DNA from: Isurus oxyrinchus
Taxonomy: Eukaryota
NCBI GenBank assembly: GCA_026770705.1
Contig: JANJGN010000008.1
Span: forward strand, 163,370,001 to 163,434,000
Direction: 5' to 3'
Length of the DNA: 64,000 nucleotides
In this document: piece after piece, positions 11,131-25,100 of the stretch
Position numbering within the stretch: the stretch's first letter is position 1
Layout of the letters: the number at the start of each line of letters is the position of its first letter
Notes under the pieces: model-generated
Told to the model about the DNA's origin: nothing
Databases searched by the model: none
What the model saw: the letters and a program-made list of their open reading frames with translations, nothing else
Program-made: the position numbers and the translations under genes

Positions 11131-13976
11131 TACATTACGCTTAACCTTATTAAACCCAATTCTAATAAGCAGTAGGTCATGTTTTTCAGGCACTATTTAC
11201 ATTTTTGAAGGGGGGTAAAAGGTGACATTTGTTCAGTTATCACTGTCGTGCAATATTTGGTTTTCACCTTCAAAGGCCCTGAAGAAATTTTATTTTGGAA
11301 ATTTGGCATTCCAGGTCACAGAGGAAACATTCAGATTACCTTCAGTATCAGCAGTGGGCTTGTGCATCTTGCGCCCATCTCCAATAACAAATATTATTTT
11401 GTAAGGGAAATAACATGTCAGAAAGACGACATCTATTGTCCCAATTGAAACATATCATGGGTTGGACACTTCGCTTCCCCTTTACCACTAACTCAACGAC
11501 TGAAAATGCCAACAATATTTCAATAGTCTGCCTCAGCATTTAGACCCCCAATTATCTATAGTGCACTTTTCAGTTTATCAGAATCATTACCTAAATTGCC
11601 TACAAGACAACAGAGTATATATATTACCCTTCTCTTAAATGTACCCCGGAGACAATAGAATGTAAACTGGTTGGTGATCCTACATTTGATAATTAACCCT
11701 CTAAGGCCACTCAAAGCTTTTCTCTAGTGTTTAAATTACATTAAGGTTAGCACTTTTCATTTTCTATTTTAGATGCTGCTGTTAACCCTATTTTTAAATC
11801 TTAACATCATCGCAGTATATATTGTGTTGCAACACGATCTACTAAGTTAATTTTTGGATATTACACACATAATGTGTTAGAAGAACTTGCAAGGTGAAAA
11901 TATATAGCATTAGGATAACAATACCAATATCAATAATAATGGCATTTTCCTCCCTTTAAAATTAATTTCCTGCGCTCGAAATCCTCCACATTTCCTGTTG
12001 TGAAATGAATTGAAATTCTTAGCTGTTGCTGACTCTTGTTTTCTTTCTGTGTTTTGAGAGAAAGCCAGCCCTACGTTAGTATTTGCAAACAAAAAAAGAT
12101 TAGTGGCTGCCAAGCCAGCAGCTCTCCCTTTGATTAAAACATAACACTTGCTCAGATGAGAGCAACGACCTAACCTCCCATCTTGCACAACATGACACAT
12201 CTTTTGCCTTCCTTTTTAGCTGACTCCGCTTACTCGTTTGCTTTCAGAAGTCCAGTAAATGGCAGCAAGGGGTCATCCTTGCCCCCAAGATGTTACTTTT
12301 TATGCCTGACATGTTTTTCTACTGTCCAGTCCCTCAGCTGCAGGAGGGTCACGGGGACAAAATAAAGAAAGGGGACTACAGAGAAAAGATCAGGTTACAT
12401 GAACCCTAAGTGCATTTGATTACAGTGTATATCGTCCATGACTATCAGGACTGTGGAGGAGTATCAAGTTCACATCATTTTTGTCTCCAGGTCTTTGATC
12501 CTGTCAAGTAAAGAAAGCAGCTCAGTGTTATTCTTTTCATCACAGAAATGAATCATTTGCACCCGTTCATCCAGCACTAAACACCTTGGATTTTTTTTTT
12601 GGCATTCTTTGCTACCCATCCTTGAAGGAAACATCTTTCAACCCCTGGCAGCAAATAACACAGCTCGTACTTATCACTGAACAAACTGTCACAGTACAGC
12701 AGCTCACTTAACAGTTAACATTTCACTTACAGATAACATTTAGATGAGAAAGCCAGCATATGTAAGATATGACACTAACTCCAAACAAGACAGGCCAAAG
12801 AAAATAAATCAGTGACTGATACAACTGAAAGGGGGAGTTAAGTCAACTCTCAAAGCATACATGAGTAACATTGCAAAATTAAGCTAATTAATGCCTCTCT
12901 ACCAATCATGAAATTAATAACATACATATGTCTGCATCGCAAAGGTTTGAATTGCTCACACTGACATTACAACAGAACTGACTAAAGAATCCTGACATCA
13001 ATTTATCAGGAGGCTTGAGGCTTTCATATGCCAGGCCAAACATAGATCATATATACGAATAACAGATTACAGGAGAGGGCTACCAGAGACCTCACACTGG
13101 GGTTCACTAACATTTATGTACAAAGTCAATCAGCTGAGCTCTGCTTGCTCCTGCTCATTATTAAATGGACATTTCTTCAGAAGGAAACTCCTTTCTCAAT
13201 TTTGCTTTCGCAATGGCTGAGTAAATATATATAATGAATTACGTTATTTGGTCCTACATTTTCCACTGACAAACGATTACCAGCTGTACCATTCTCCACC
13301 CTCCCCCCCACCACCCCTGAGATGATGTCTGCACCCATCCCTGATTTTCATCAAAGGTGGGGAACAATTCAAATACACCACAAGCTAGGAGGGGCTGTGA
13401 TCACTATTTCAGATCTGCTGCATGTGGAGCCCGGTTATACGAGCCATTAAGGGTAATGTAATAGTGCACATCTTGCCAGAACTTAATTTTAAGATGGGTT
13501 TGCAATGCAAGTGTTGGCTTCTTTATTTCCCAAGAGCTTCTGTCCACCCTCTGGGAACGAAGGGGTCAGTGAGTATTGTCTGCTCATTGGCAAATGACAG
13601 GGTGATCCAGAAATCCCTTGAGTAAATCCACCTGGCCCCATTGCATTGTATTTGTTAAAAGCAACTGGATGATAACAAAACAGGTACACTTTTCCCAATT
13701 GCTCCTTCAAAAATGGTTTGCACAAAAGCAAACAGAGAAAATATTCTCTAACACGTTACTGCAAAACTGAAAAAGAAACATATAGCAGAATGAAGGTTGT
13801 TAATTGGTAATAGGTAATGCTTTGTTAAGGGTGAAAGGGCCCAGTTTTTGAGACTGATCAGCCAATGGTGACCAAGGGCTTCCCTCCATTGTGGGAAACA
13901 CACAACCTTCAAAAGAACCAATTGAACCATAGAGGTTTCAGAAATAAATAAAAACTATTAATTAAAAAAAGACAAT

Positions 13977-16009
13977 GGGGGGAAGAAAATTGTTGCAGGC
14001 TATTTTGGGACACAGGGGGTCATGGTTTGCAATCTGTCTGCGCCTGACGGTGATGAAGCTTGTAAACTTGGTACTCCCTCTTCATTGAAATGATTGTAGT
14101 GTTGGGCCAAATGAGAAGTGTGCTGCCACCTGCCTGAGAGCTCAGCAAGAGGCCAAACAGCGTACACTTCCCTCTTAAATGGAAACTGCAGGAAGGGAGG
14201 TGTTGCTGAGTGACTGTACTGACAGTGGCTGTGTGTAGGAGTTGTACAAGTGGAGCATCAAGGAAAAGAGTGAGTTTCTAGGTTCACCTATGCCACGGAA
14301 TGCCGGAGGCCTTAGTAGCAGAGGTGGACAGGAAGACAGATGGCAAGTTTTTGTGGAAGGTCAGGAGGTCCTCCAGGGCTACCCTTTGGAGACAATGGGA
14401 GTAGGTGGCCAGGAAGATCAATGCAAGGAGTCTGGCCCTGATGACCTGGCAGCAGTGTAAGTCTAATGACCTCAGGCAGGTGGTCAAGGTCACTGAATGC
14501 ATCTCCCAGCCACCACACCAATACTCAATGCACCATACCCCCATCATTCACCAATTAGCAGTATCTGGCACTCAGAGTTATGCCTAACATTCAGATACTC
14601 CATCTCATTCTCACATGCTTACCAATGGTGCATCCTCACCTACCTCTCACTGTCTCCCCATATCTCAAGCTTTTCAGCTATGGTAGGCACATCATCCCAA
14701 TACAGTACATCACAATCATTGACATTCAGCCCTCTCTCTTGCAGAATAAGGTGCTGCACAGGAGCAGGGGAGCAGAGCAGAATTGCTGGGGGAGAAGGGC
14801 ACCTGCTGCATCTCCTGAACTTTACAAAGATGGTTCTTTGCATCATGGGGCTGACTGCAATGGAGCCTGTGCCAGCCAGCATGACTGAGAACATTAAGGA
14901 TAAAGCTATGTTCCTGTCTTCTGACCCTTCCCAACTCTCGGCTCACTCTCATCCTGCTTGCTGTAGACATGGCGAGCAAGCTGCTAAAAGTGGCACCGTG
15001 GACCTCTTGCTTTAACTTCACCCCTTCCCTCAACTGAACCTTCCCCTTCTGATTTCCTGCTTTTAGACACCCATACTCCAGCCTCAGCACGCAGAAGAGA
15101 AAGAGAGAGAGTAACAACACAGCAATGATGAAAACGCGTCATCACTCACAGTCACCAGCTCGGATAATGGCACTGCGCGTAGCTTAGAGGCTAATATAGA
15201 GTTGGGATCTGCGTGTGGTGAGTCAGCGGGCACAAGTGGGGATAGGTTGTGTGTCGGCTTCCCGGAGGGGGAGGTCACAGATCAGTTCTGCTCCAGGGAA
15301 CTCGGGTGAGGACTTTGATAGAGTGACGTACAAAAGAACACTAGCGACGGTGCACACTGAGATGCTGGGTTCATTGGCTGGCCTACCAGACAGCCCCCAG
15401 GTACTGCCTAGGAGCCTGGGCGAGCCTGGCTCCAATTCGAGCAGAGGGCATCATGCAGCCTCTGCTCCATCTCCCTGTCAGGCTGCAGCCCCAAAGGCAT
15501 TGCCACTGCCACCCCAATAGCTGGTGCAACCAAATCCTCTGCCCCCCTCCCTGGGAGGATACAGCAACACTCCCTGCCAGATCCATAAATCCACAACAAC
15601 TCCTCCAAAGCCACTTCAGAACAAGCCCAGAGATTTTGAAATAACAGAGGTTGGTGTAAGTCACCTAATCTGCAAGGTGGGTGCCTGGCCCGTTAAATAA
15701 TGCTAGTGCGGGGTCCTTCCCGCAGCTGTAAACATGATCTTTGGCAAGTGACAGGCGAATAGGTTGAACAGGACAGTGTGGTCCACATTTGTAAACTGTG
15801 CATCACATCAGCGGGAAAGGCTGTTCGACTTCACGATCTGGCCAGTTGGAACATTTCCAGTGCCCGCTGGCACTCCCATACCAGCACCCTTCCCGGCAAT
15901 AGGTACTGCCACACAGGGTACCTATGGGTGTGGCATGCGCCACACTCAGAGACCCTCTGGCTTCCATACTGCCAGCTCCAGCAGCACTACAAATCCAAAT
16001 TTTGCACCC
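13977..16009 (+). mobile_element. Harbinger deletion derivative: decayed Myb/SANT-like DNA-binding gene (+) plus a 5' stub of the transposase (-)
   Basis: 14270-14490 translates to EALVAEVDR..RSSRATLWRQWE*VARKINARSLALMTWQQCK.NDLRQVVK (Myb_DNA-bind_5-like). An acceptor ctctcttgcag at ~14743 precedes an EQSRIAGGE exon. Minus 15440-15520 IGVAVAMPLGLQPDREMEQ matches the transposase N-terminus near 2650-2717. Degenerate GGG..CCC termini are flanked by aat on both sides. Confidence 0.8.
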
Positions 16010-17019
16010 AATGTTTGACTGTGTCAAGCAGGTCATTCAAGTCCATTTATTGAGCTTTGAAATGTCCTGGGGAGAAGGATCCCCATCATAATTACAGTAC
16101 TGAACATAGGTTTGATTCATTGATTTAAACTATACCTGATTAACTCCATGCCAGAGTTTGGAATAAACAAAGAATGATTGACTGTTTTGAGATGTGCATA
16201 CCCTTTGTCTTTTCATGACAAAATATAATTTTTGTGAATATTTGCTAGTGACTATCATTTTATTGAGTTCCAGCTTTATACCGTCTGTACAACCAAAGTA
16301 ACAATTGACCAGTCTGAATAATATCCTGACAAGAGTACACTTCCGCTCCACATTTATTTGTCCCTGCACCACAGCCACCTACTTCCCAACACCAACCCCC
16401 CGGCACCACCCCCAGCACTCCCAACCCTTTGAAAACCTCATTGCAATAAAGAATTAAAGTCACACATCCAAATGAGAGCTGATAGGCCAGGGTTTACAGA
16501 TGAGCTTTAAATTAGTTGTTCACTGTGAAGGCATGAAAATGTTACCAGCTTTTAAATATGCTTTTCATTTCTTCAGCTTTTAAAGGAACAATATTTTTGT
16601 GCCTTGTTTCAAACGTTTTGATTTGAATTGGGTTGAACTGGTTTGAAGAAGTTCTCACATGACACTGTGTGACTCATAACCCCACTAAAAGAATGTTGCA
16701 TTTCTCAGATCAATCTCCCTGATAATGACTTGATATCTGCTTTCTTGCTTCAGAAGAGACATTTCCCATGGAACGTTTTTTTCTCATTTCAGCTGGTACG
16801 TTGGTATCCAGTTTCAGGAGGACCTGTGTCCCCTTCCTCCAATGTGTGTGGTAGTTCACTTATCTGGGTCTACTGACCAGCCATACAATGGTGCTAAGAT
16901 TCAGCAACATTCACTCCCAGTGAAAGAAAGCAATAGAGCAAAACAGGGCCTATGCCAGCTTCCATTGAGAAAGTGAAAGGACTCTACCAACAGTATAGTA
17001 ACATGTATCTTTCAGCCAC

Positions 17020-17380
17020 AACTTTGGCTCACTGGTTCCACTCTCAGAAGATTTATGGCTTTAAATGGCACTTTTGATCTTGAGCTGATATCTCCAGTGC
17101 AGTGCTAAGAAAATGCTGCACTGTTGGAGGCGCTGTGTTTTGGATGAGACATCAGGCCAAGATCTCACCTGCACTCTCAGGTGGACATAAAAGATCCCAT
17201 ATGGCACTAATCAAAGAGGAGCAAGAGAATTTTCCCCAGTGCCCTGGTCAATATTTACCCCTCTGCCAACATCACTAAAACAGATAATCTTTATTTTGCT
17301 TTTTACTTCAAAAGTACTTCATTGGCAGTAAAGTGCTATGGGAAGCCCTGAGCACTATTTAGAAGCACACCTTTTTTTTT
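17020..17380 (+). mobile_element. Deu-domain SINE (SacSINE1/AmnSINE-like)
   Basis: Deu core ggatgagac...ctctcaggtggacataaaagatcccat..ggcacta and tail cttcaaaagtacttcattggc. Homologous to 52206-52630. Confidence 0.8.
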
Positions 17381-17530
17381 ATCCCTTTCATATCATGGAA
17401 GCCGGTTTATTGCTCCGTGTTTACAGCTGCTTCCATTCTTCTCAATGCACCAAGGGAAGTAGAGGTACAAAGAGACATTGAGGGGCGTTTTCTCAATCAA
17501 GGGGAAGTGGGTTTTGTTGCATTTTTATAA

Positions 17531-17752
17531 TGATATAAAGGCACCAATCACTCACAAGGAATTGGGTAAACACATTGTGGGTTCAGTTATTTAAACTAGG
17601 CACGTGAAAACAGATATACATGGATAGAAAGCTTGAAGATCTCAGCAGCAGAGCTGTGTATGTGTGTGTGCTCTGCTCAAAAGCAAAAGTGAAACTAAGA
17701 CACATTTCTCTCCTAGAGATATCATGCTGCTATCCCTTAAAAGCTGGTTACA
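17531..17752 (-). repeat. 3' LTR of the Gypsy element (distal end approximate)
   Basis: On the minus strand a polypurine tract aaaaagaaagggggaag (about 17754-17770) is followed almost immediately by TGTAAC at 17752. Confidence 0.6.
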
Positions 17753-20640
17753 ACTTCCCCCTTTCTTTTTAAAGTTACTTGCCCCCTTCCAAAGAAGTAT
17801 AACGATTTACAATGCATGTTCAAGTTTAGTTCCCATTACATAAGTGTATAGAACTGATGAATCTATGAGCCTCTAAAGCAAGGAGGTAATATGCTGGATC
17901 GCCCAGATCTTGCAATGGTAACTTTGTGAGGAGGTTTCTTTACACACTCACAGTGATCTGTGGGATTGTCATTCTTGGATGTTGCTCCTGGTTGCATTTA
18001 GGCAACCTCGATGCAATAGGACGGTATGGTGTTTGAGGAACTGGAATGGATCGAATTTGTCCTCAATTATGCATCACCGTTGTGCCTTTGTGCTAATGAC
18101 TTTATAGGATCTTGGTTCCGAACAAATCCTTGTTACTTTGGCTGGTTGTCATTTATCTTCTGTGGGAACCTGGATACAAACCTGTCTTCCCAAATGCAAA
18201 CTTGGCAATTCTGTACCTGCATATTTATTGGGCATGCTGGTCACCTTCTCTTGCAATTTTAAAGAGTTGCTCTCCAGCTTCTGAGAGAGTAGAATGGGTA
18301 GGTAGAGTGGTACACATTGCTCTGCCAAACATAAGCTCTGCCGGTGATGGAATAGTTGCACTTAAACGTGTCGCTCTCAGGCATAACACTACAATGTGTA
18401 GATCTTGCTTGGCCTGTTTACATTTGAGAATTAGGGATGCCACCGTGTGAATCAGCTAAGCCATTAGATATAGGGTATTGAGGAGAAGTAGTAGTGTGAT
18501 CGCACACATATCCTGAAATGGCTTGCTAATAAATTGCAGATCATTATTTGTAATGATCTCTCTTGACACAAAAAATAAACTGAAAATAGTATTTAGTGTG
18601 CTATAGAATAGCATGACAATTGTGCTTGATGTATTATGCAACTCTGGAATAATGGGGTACTTGGTAAAGTAGTTGACGATGACGATGAATTCAGTGTCAT
18701 GAAAGAGGTTGGATGTGACTTTGGATTAAGGATGGGTAGGAACTTCACGTGGAAGCAGTGTGGTTCTTTGTGCTGACTTGACCAATGCTCTTGACATGCC
18801 TCGTACTTCTTGACGATGACTTCAACGTCATTGTTCATACCCAGCCAATAGACTGTGTCTCCTGCACATCTTCTCATCCAATCTATGCCCATGTGAGATT
18901 AATGAAGCTGTTGAAGAATATCAGGTCGCAAAGATTCCAGTATCAAGTCCTGCTTGCCTTTAAAAATAACTTGCTGGGAAATGCCCAGCCCAGCTTGTCT
19001 CAGAAAGGCCAAAATGGCCTCACGTGTTTGTGGACATGCTGAATTGATGGTTTTCTACAGTTTCTGTAGTGTGGAATCTTTCGCCATTTCTTCTTGTAGC
19101 TGCTGGCATTTGCATTGCACAAAATGACCCAGATCAATTTGGAGAACATCTTCAAGTTCAATGTTAATGAAAGATATATCTTCTGTTTTCGCTGGATTAG
19201 GCTAAGTGTGCCTGATGTGACCATCAGGTTACCTGGCTTGTACCTGATCTCACAATCATAACCTTGAATCTTTATCAAGAGATGTTGCAATCCTGGCACT
19301 GCACCGATCAATGGTTTTTGCCAAATTATCTCCAGTGGCTTATGGTTGGTCTCCACCACAAATCTTTGCCATAGGGATATGTATGAAAATGCATGATTCC
19401 AATCAAAAGCAAACGTTTCCTTGCTGATGTTGGAGTAGTTTTGGAGGTTGATCTGCCCTGTGATGTCAACTAATTCCATGGATTGTTATGAGTGCGAGTT
19501 CATGGCATGCCGGTAGACCCACAATCGCTGGGCCTTTAGTCTCCATGATGTAGAATATCTGTGACACCCAGGAGGATTGATTGTACAAGCATTCCGGAAC
19601 TGTGGATCCTGCACAGGGAATTATTGAACCGTTGTACGCTGAGAGTTGCGCAATAGTAGATTTCTTCACAGTCCTCTATGTCTGTGGATACATGTCTTTT
19701 AAAATTCACAGCCTTAGTATGTTGGCACTTGCCGCTGTGTCAATCTAGGTCAACAATGAGGAATCACCACCTTTCTTAGGGCAGATAATTTGAATCTTCG
19801 CAAACACTTTGATTCTGTGACAGCACCTAGGCTTTCCACGAGATTGATGGTGTGAAACGTGTTCACTGCTCTTCATCTCATCATGCACATGATCGTCATT
19901 TTCTAGGTTTGTCAGTCACCATGTGTACATGTTTCTGACAGGATGCCGGGTGGTTATTCTTCTCGCCTGAAGGTACCTGTAGTGCGTGGTCTGTGTGGAT
20001 CAGTGCACGGCTCTTTGTAGCTGCATCAACCTTTTCCCTAGTGCACTGCGACTGCCAATGGCTCTTTCTGCCACAGGCCTTGCAGAATGGCTGGAAAGCT
20101 GGGCAATTCCTTGGTGCATGCTGGAGGCCACATCTTCCACATGTCTTGCTAGATTTGGGTGTTCTACTGAGTGGGTCAACAATTGGAGTTGTGCTCAGAA
20201 CTTGTAAGCTTTGTTGACCTGCAAGGATTGCTTCATACTCACATTCATCCTCGAGTAGCTCTTCGATACTATATGTTTTGGGCTTGTCCGGCAGATCTTT
20301 CTGGAACGCTTCCAACGGGAGTGGATGCGATCACTGGCTCAACAATTCTGCCTGCTAGCTCTATGACTGAAAAATCACAGCGTATACACCTTTCTCTGCA
20401 TCTGCTGATGAAGTGGTCCATGGATTCTGTAGGCTGTCAAAATAACATGAACTCTAGTCGATAAATAAGTTTAACTTGTTTCTGAACTGGTCTTCCAGTG
20501 TAGTCCATATCTTTTGAGGATCCTTTAGATCTTTTGCTGTTAATCCTGATGTGCTCCCCCACAGTACCTGGGGTGAGTATTGCTGTAGCCGCTTTTGCAC
20601 ACTTTTCTGAAGCTCCGCTCGTTATGAACACAACCGTCTC
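17531..20640 (-). mobile_element. Ty3/Gypsy LTR retrotransposon, decayed; RT deleted, 5' LTR not found
   Basis: Gag zinc knuckles CGRCGLQHAPRNCPA..CKACGRKSHWQSQC (ORF 19896-20315); protease-like LSAYNGSIIPCAG..GPAIVGLPACHELALITI; RNase H FVVETNHKPLE..LQHLLIKIQGYD..YKPG; integrase HHCC region (VYWLGMNNDVE..EACQEH) and core (LRATRL...PSPAELMFGR). Domain order is Gypsy-type. Confidence 0.9.
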
Positions 20641-20809
20641 TGGCACAATTTTTGTGATGGTTTTGTTTGTTTTTTTTTAAATTTGACTCTCCCCTCACTC
20701 GTTATCGATCCATCCCACACCCAGTTCACTCGCCTTTCCTGACTGAGCTAACCCGGTGCTGGCCCTCTCAATGCGCTGCACCCTATTAAAGTCGTTAAGA
20801 AGTCAATGA

Positions 20810-22114
20810 GAGCAGCTTTGATCCTCAATTCTGGACTTCCCAGCCAGGAGACGTGTTTTCTGACCTGTCAGCAACTGGCCAGGGTCATCATGGCTTGACA
20901 GGTGATTGCCAACTTCTTGCGGTCTAACACCGCACGCTCCTTCAGCTGTACTTCTCTGCTGCCAACCTTCACCCTGGTGTGGGAGGAGCTTAAGTAGCTT
21001 CACTTTGTACCTCTGATGATGCACCATCACCAACTGCTCCAGGAGCAGCAGCACCTGCCTGTCTTCTCCTCAACTACATGGCCCCCCACTCCACAGGGCA
21101 GAGAGGGTAGACTCATAGGTTTACTGGAAGGAGGCGACCCCCAATACAGGATCTACAAGCGAAGGATCAGCTCTCTTAACATGACTGAGTGCAAATACCT
21201 CAGGAGACCCAGGTTTCCATGGCAGGTTGCTGCTGACAGCTACAGCCTCCTGGAATAAGACCTCCTTTCCAGTGGGGTAGCTGGGGTACGCACTACTAAT
21301 GGCCGACAAAATGTCTGTCATTGGAAGGCCATCCCCTACACCACCGCATGCCCCACCATCGACACCCCCCCCCCCCCCCCCCCCACCCCCCCACAACCCC
21401 ACCATCTTCATCTCTGTCTCTCCTCAAGTTGGTGTGCTCTCTTCCCTTGCAAGTAGAGAAAGCAGAGGGGTGTGACTGTCTGCAACAGCTTGTGTGCAGA
21501 GAAGGGAAGGACAATTTATCGAGGGTGACTTGAGGCATGGATGAGAGAGGATAATAGGCTGAGGGGGAGTGTGAGCGTTGACTATTCAGATGGGAATGTG
21601 AGGTGCCTGCAGAGAGACCTCCTGAAGTCCTGACTCCTCTTGCTGCACTGTCTCCAGGTTGGAGGGAGCACAAATCTGCCGCTGACTTCCTCGGCCACTT
21701 TGATCTATGCCTGTTCGGGTTGGAGAGGTCATCCTCTTCCTCCCAGCTTTGGGCGAGTTCACCTCACCGCAGCCCCTCAGCAGGACCTCCAGGTAAGAGT
21801 GTGAGAGACATGGGGAGCAGCCTTCCCAACTCTCCTTTCCACTCCTGTGATTACTGTTGCCTCAAAATTCCAAATGCTGGCGAGCTCTTATAACCTCTGT
21901 AGTGGTCCCTTTAATTCAAAATCCTTCCTTTGACAAAATGGTCTTGTCTTTCTGCCCGCCCTCCCTGACTCAAGATGGGAAACCTGGAGGCAAGGTGTTA
22001 ACATCATTGCTGTAGGAAAGAGCCTCGGTGTAGCTCGCCCATTAGGAGATCAAGTTCCAGACCTGAATATAGTCCCTCCATTCTGGCAGGGACAAAGCGC
22101 AGTAGATTCTACCC
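20810..22114 (-). mobile_element. Second Harbinger-type element with a decayed Myb/SANT-like gene
   Basis: Minus 21670-21825 gives, with frameshifts, PCLSHSYLEVLL...GRKR...IKVAEEVSGR. A second exon follows acceptor ctttctctacttgcaag near 21447. Terminus gggtagaatct at 22114. Left end uncertain. Confidence 0.6.
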
Positions 22115-25100
22115 ATAGAAAGACTTGGAAAACAGAGGCAGACACATGGAAGGAGTAACCAATTGAACCACAAAAGTAATTGTCATTTGGCCAGATCCGA
22201 GTCGTCAGCATTTACTCTTTAAACAAGCGTATTTTAATCAACTGGGAGGCCTGGAGAAAGATAAAAGAGATGTCAAACATTATATCAGCTCTTTGGGATT
22301 CTGATTGTGGGACCCCTTCTTTAAGTGTACATCAGTAATGCAGGCAGAACGTATCCCAGTAAGCTATGGATTTACAGCTTTTGGTGTTGTAGGAAAACTT
22401 CCTCTGGCAGTATATTGTGTAAAGTCTTATTGGGCCAGAAAGTTATAATGATAGTAACTGTATCCGACCATTGTTTAAAGGATTAGCTGCAAGTTGAACT
22501 GATTGTTATATATGAAATGTTCAAAACAACTGCATCGAAGAGATGGCTTGCCTTAGTTAAACTGATCTGTACTCTGCAGACTTCAGTTTTGCACAATATA
22601 GAGCTGTTATATGTTTCTGGCATTGACCATGATTCTTACAGCCGTGAGCTCACATCTGTTTCGAGTTTGGTGACTGCACATTTCAAACAGTGAACCCTTT
22701 GCCAAAGGGAATTTCAACCCTTTGATTCTTATTCCCTTGGCTTACTTTAATTGTCATTCCTCATTATTTTCTATAAGGTGCAAGAATAAAACACAATTAC
22801 AAGGGAAATTTTTTATCCATGTTGAAAAGGACAATATTCAGGGATTTTTTTTTTGTTGTCAGGCCTAATGAATTACTCAAGGGTAGAATCTTCTTCTCTA
22901 TCTTGAACAAAGGTAGTGATTTTCTTCTGTTTAAAAAATGTTCCATCAATGTGGTCATTTTTTGAAACAATAATAAACTGTTGCGTTATACTTTGAGTAC
23001 AAATCCTCCTGAAATATACATTCATAACATGAAATATCAGAGAAAGTGAAGACAAAAGTTTATGAATTTAACATATTTTTAGATTTTGTTCTTGGAATTA
23101 ACTATTTAAGAACCGTAATTATGTTTCTGTTTACATCTGATACAGGGATGTGACTGCAGTTCTCCAATAGTCAAGATACCCACAGAAGATAAAAAGTACA
23201 GCTCACTAAACACTAAAGTCCTGGGAATAAAAATAAACCAAGGTCTACAAGACTTCTAATAGGTCAACTAGAAATTGTTCTAATGCGCAAAGGTACACAT
23301 CTGTTTCAAGTGTACAGTTTCATGCCAAAAAAAATCTCCTAAAATTATATAGTTGTCTAAAGTTCAGGACTAATTACAATTTAAAAATTCTATGTTGGAG
23401 TAATACTGGCATTACATCTTAAATTACTACAAAGCATTATTTTTAAATGCATGTTTTGATATTTTAAACAACTTGAAAATAGTGTAAAAGTTCAAAACAA
23501 ACAATTCCTTCTGCAAATACATTACAAGTACATTTAAAATGTCAACAAACTCATGGTTACGCTTTTGGAAGTTGCACTTCTTACCTTAGCCTTCATGTAG
23601 AAGAAAATGTCGATTTTATGAACCAATTATTCTGTGCATTTAGCACCTGTCAGCATTGTTTTCTGTACTATGTCAATGACAAATATGCAGAATTTGAAGT
23701 GACACAGACTTTGATATTGGCAAAGAGTGCTCCCAGAAGAAGCACTTTTCAATCTCTGATGCAGAATGGTTTCCTGCGTGTGGGTGGCTCTGGATTGGCC
23801 ACTGTTCTGAGATGAGTTGCTGGTTCATGGTAAGACCAGTGGGAGCCTCTCTGAGGTGCATGTGGGTTTCCTCAATAATCTAGACCCATAGCAAATCATG
23901 ATGGGAGAGGAGTCATAAAATGGCGGACTCTGGTAGCCTGAAAATAAGCTTCCTTAGCCTTTGCCTCTTCCCTTTAAGCTCTAAATTTTTTTTAAAAGTG
24001 TGATCTACCAAAGTTACACATCTGACTGAACCATGATACATAGGAATCACAACTACATACAAACTGATTCCATCAAATTAACACCCAAAGCAAAAAGAGA
24101 CGCATGTTTTAAAAAATAATAACAGCAATTCAAAATTTCACTGCATAATTGCACCATCTTCATCATTTTTTGTGACCAAATTATGAAATTGGAGGAAAAG
24201 GTTTCGTATGCAAATGATGAATATAATCACCAGCATTTGAAGGATATTCAATACTGCTAATGGGGTTTCCATATTCATTTAGAAAAGGAAAAGGGAGACT
24301 TGGTTCCCTGCCATAGGAATATTTTCTAAATTTCTAGGTTTGACTGCAATAATTCATTTCACAATTACATTATGGCAACAATAGTGGATTTGAAGTTTCC
24401 AATACGTAGGAAATCTCTTAATAACTGGCACTAACCGGCTTGGTAAAGGTCAGGTGTATGGTAACTCTTCAGATATCTGCCAGTCAACCATGGAACTATA
24501 TGAAAGTTGACACAGCCATGACTCAAGCTGTGTCATATGCACACCCACACAGGTTTGCATCAATCGCTTAAAATTACACTAGAGAATCGATCTTTTGGAT
24601 TGAGGCAACATCATAAGCAAAAGGCTTCTTGCACTTTTGGCAGTTTTTCTGCAACATCACCCAATAATGTATTTGCCCTGATATAAATATCTATAGAAAT
24701 TGCAAATGTTTATGATAATTAGAAATCAGAAAAAATACACAATTTCTTCAAAGGTATATGTTATTTGTTTTTGTCACAGTCGAATTGGTGCTTGCTGTGT
24801 GGTGATTTTCTGTTACATTATAAAATATTATTCGCTGTTACTTCACAATTTCACAGAGATCAAATTCTGGAGGTTTTAACTTCTGCTGCATGTCAGAGAT
24901 ACCTTTAACGGTATAATACTATAATCTCTTAATTTATTTTAATATCCATGCATAAATAGCTTGCAAAGTGCACAGAAATGAAGCCTCCTAATGGAAACAG
25001 TATGAAAAATGTTTGCTTTTTAAACAAAGAAAACCAAAAATAAACTTTGATTTTTTTTGTTTGTAGTTCTATTGAATTATGTAAAGGAATTCAGTGTGTC

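Noticed and set aside
14250-15500. Myb/SANT region read as a domesticated host gene (NAIF1/MSANTD-like)
   Set aside because: It has an in-frame stop and frameshifts, and lies within TIR/TSD-like boundaries next to a transposase stub.
23585-23650. Strong minus-strand donor aag|gtaaga at 23585
   Set aside because: No good acceptor upstream, and stops occur in all frames tested.
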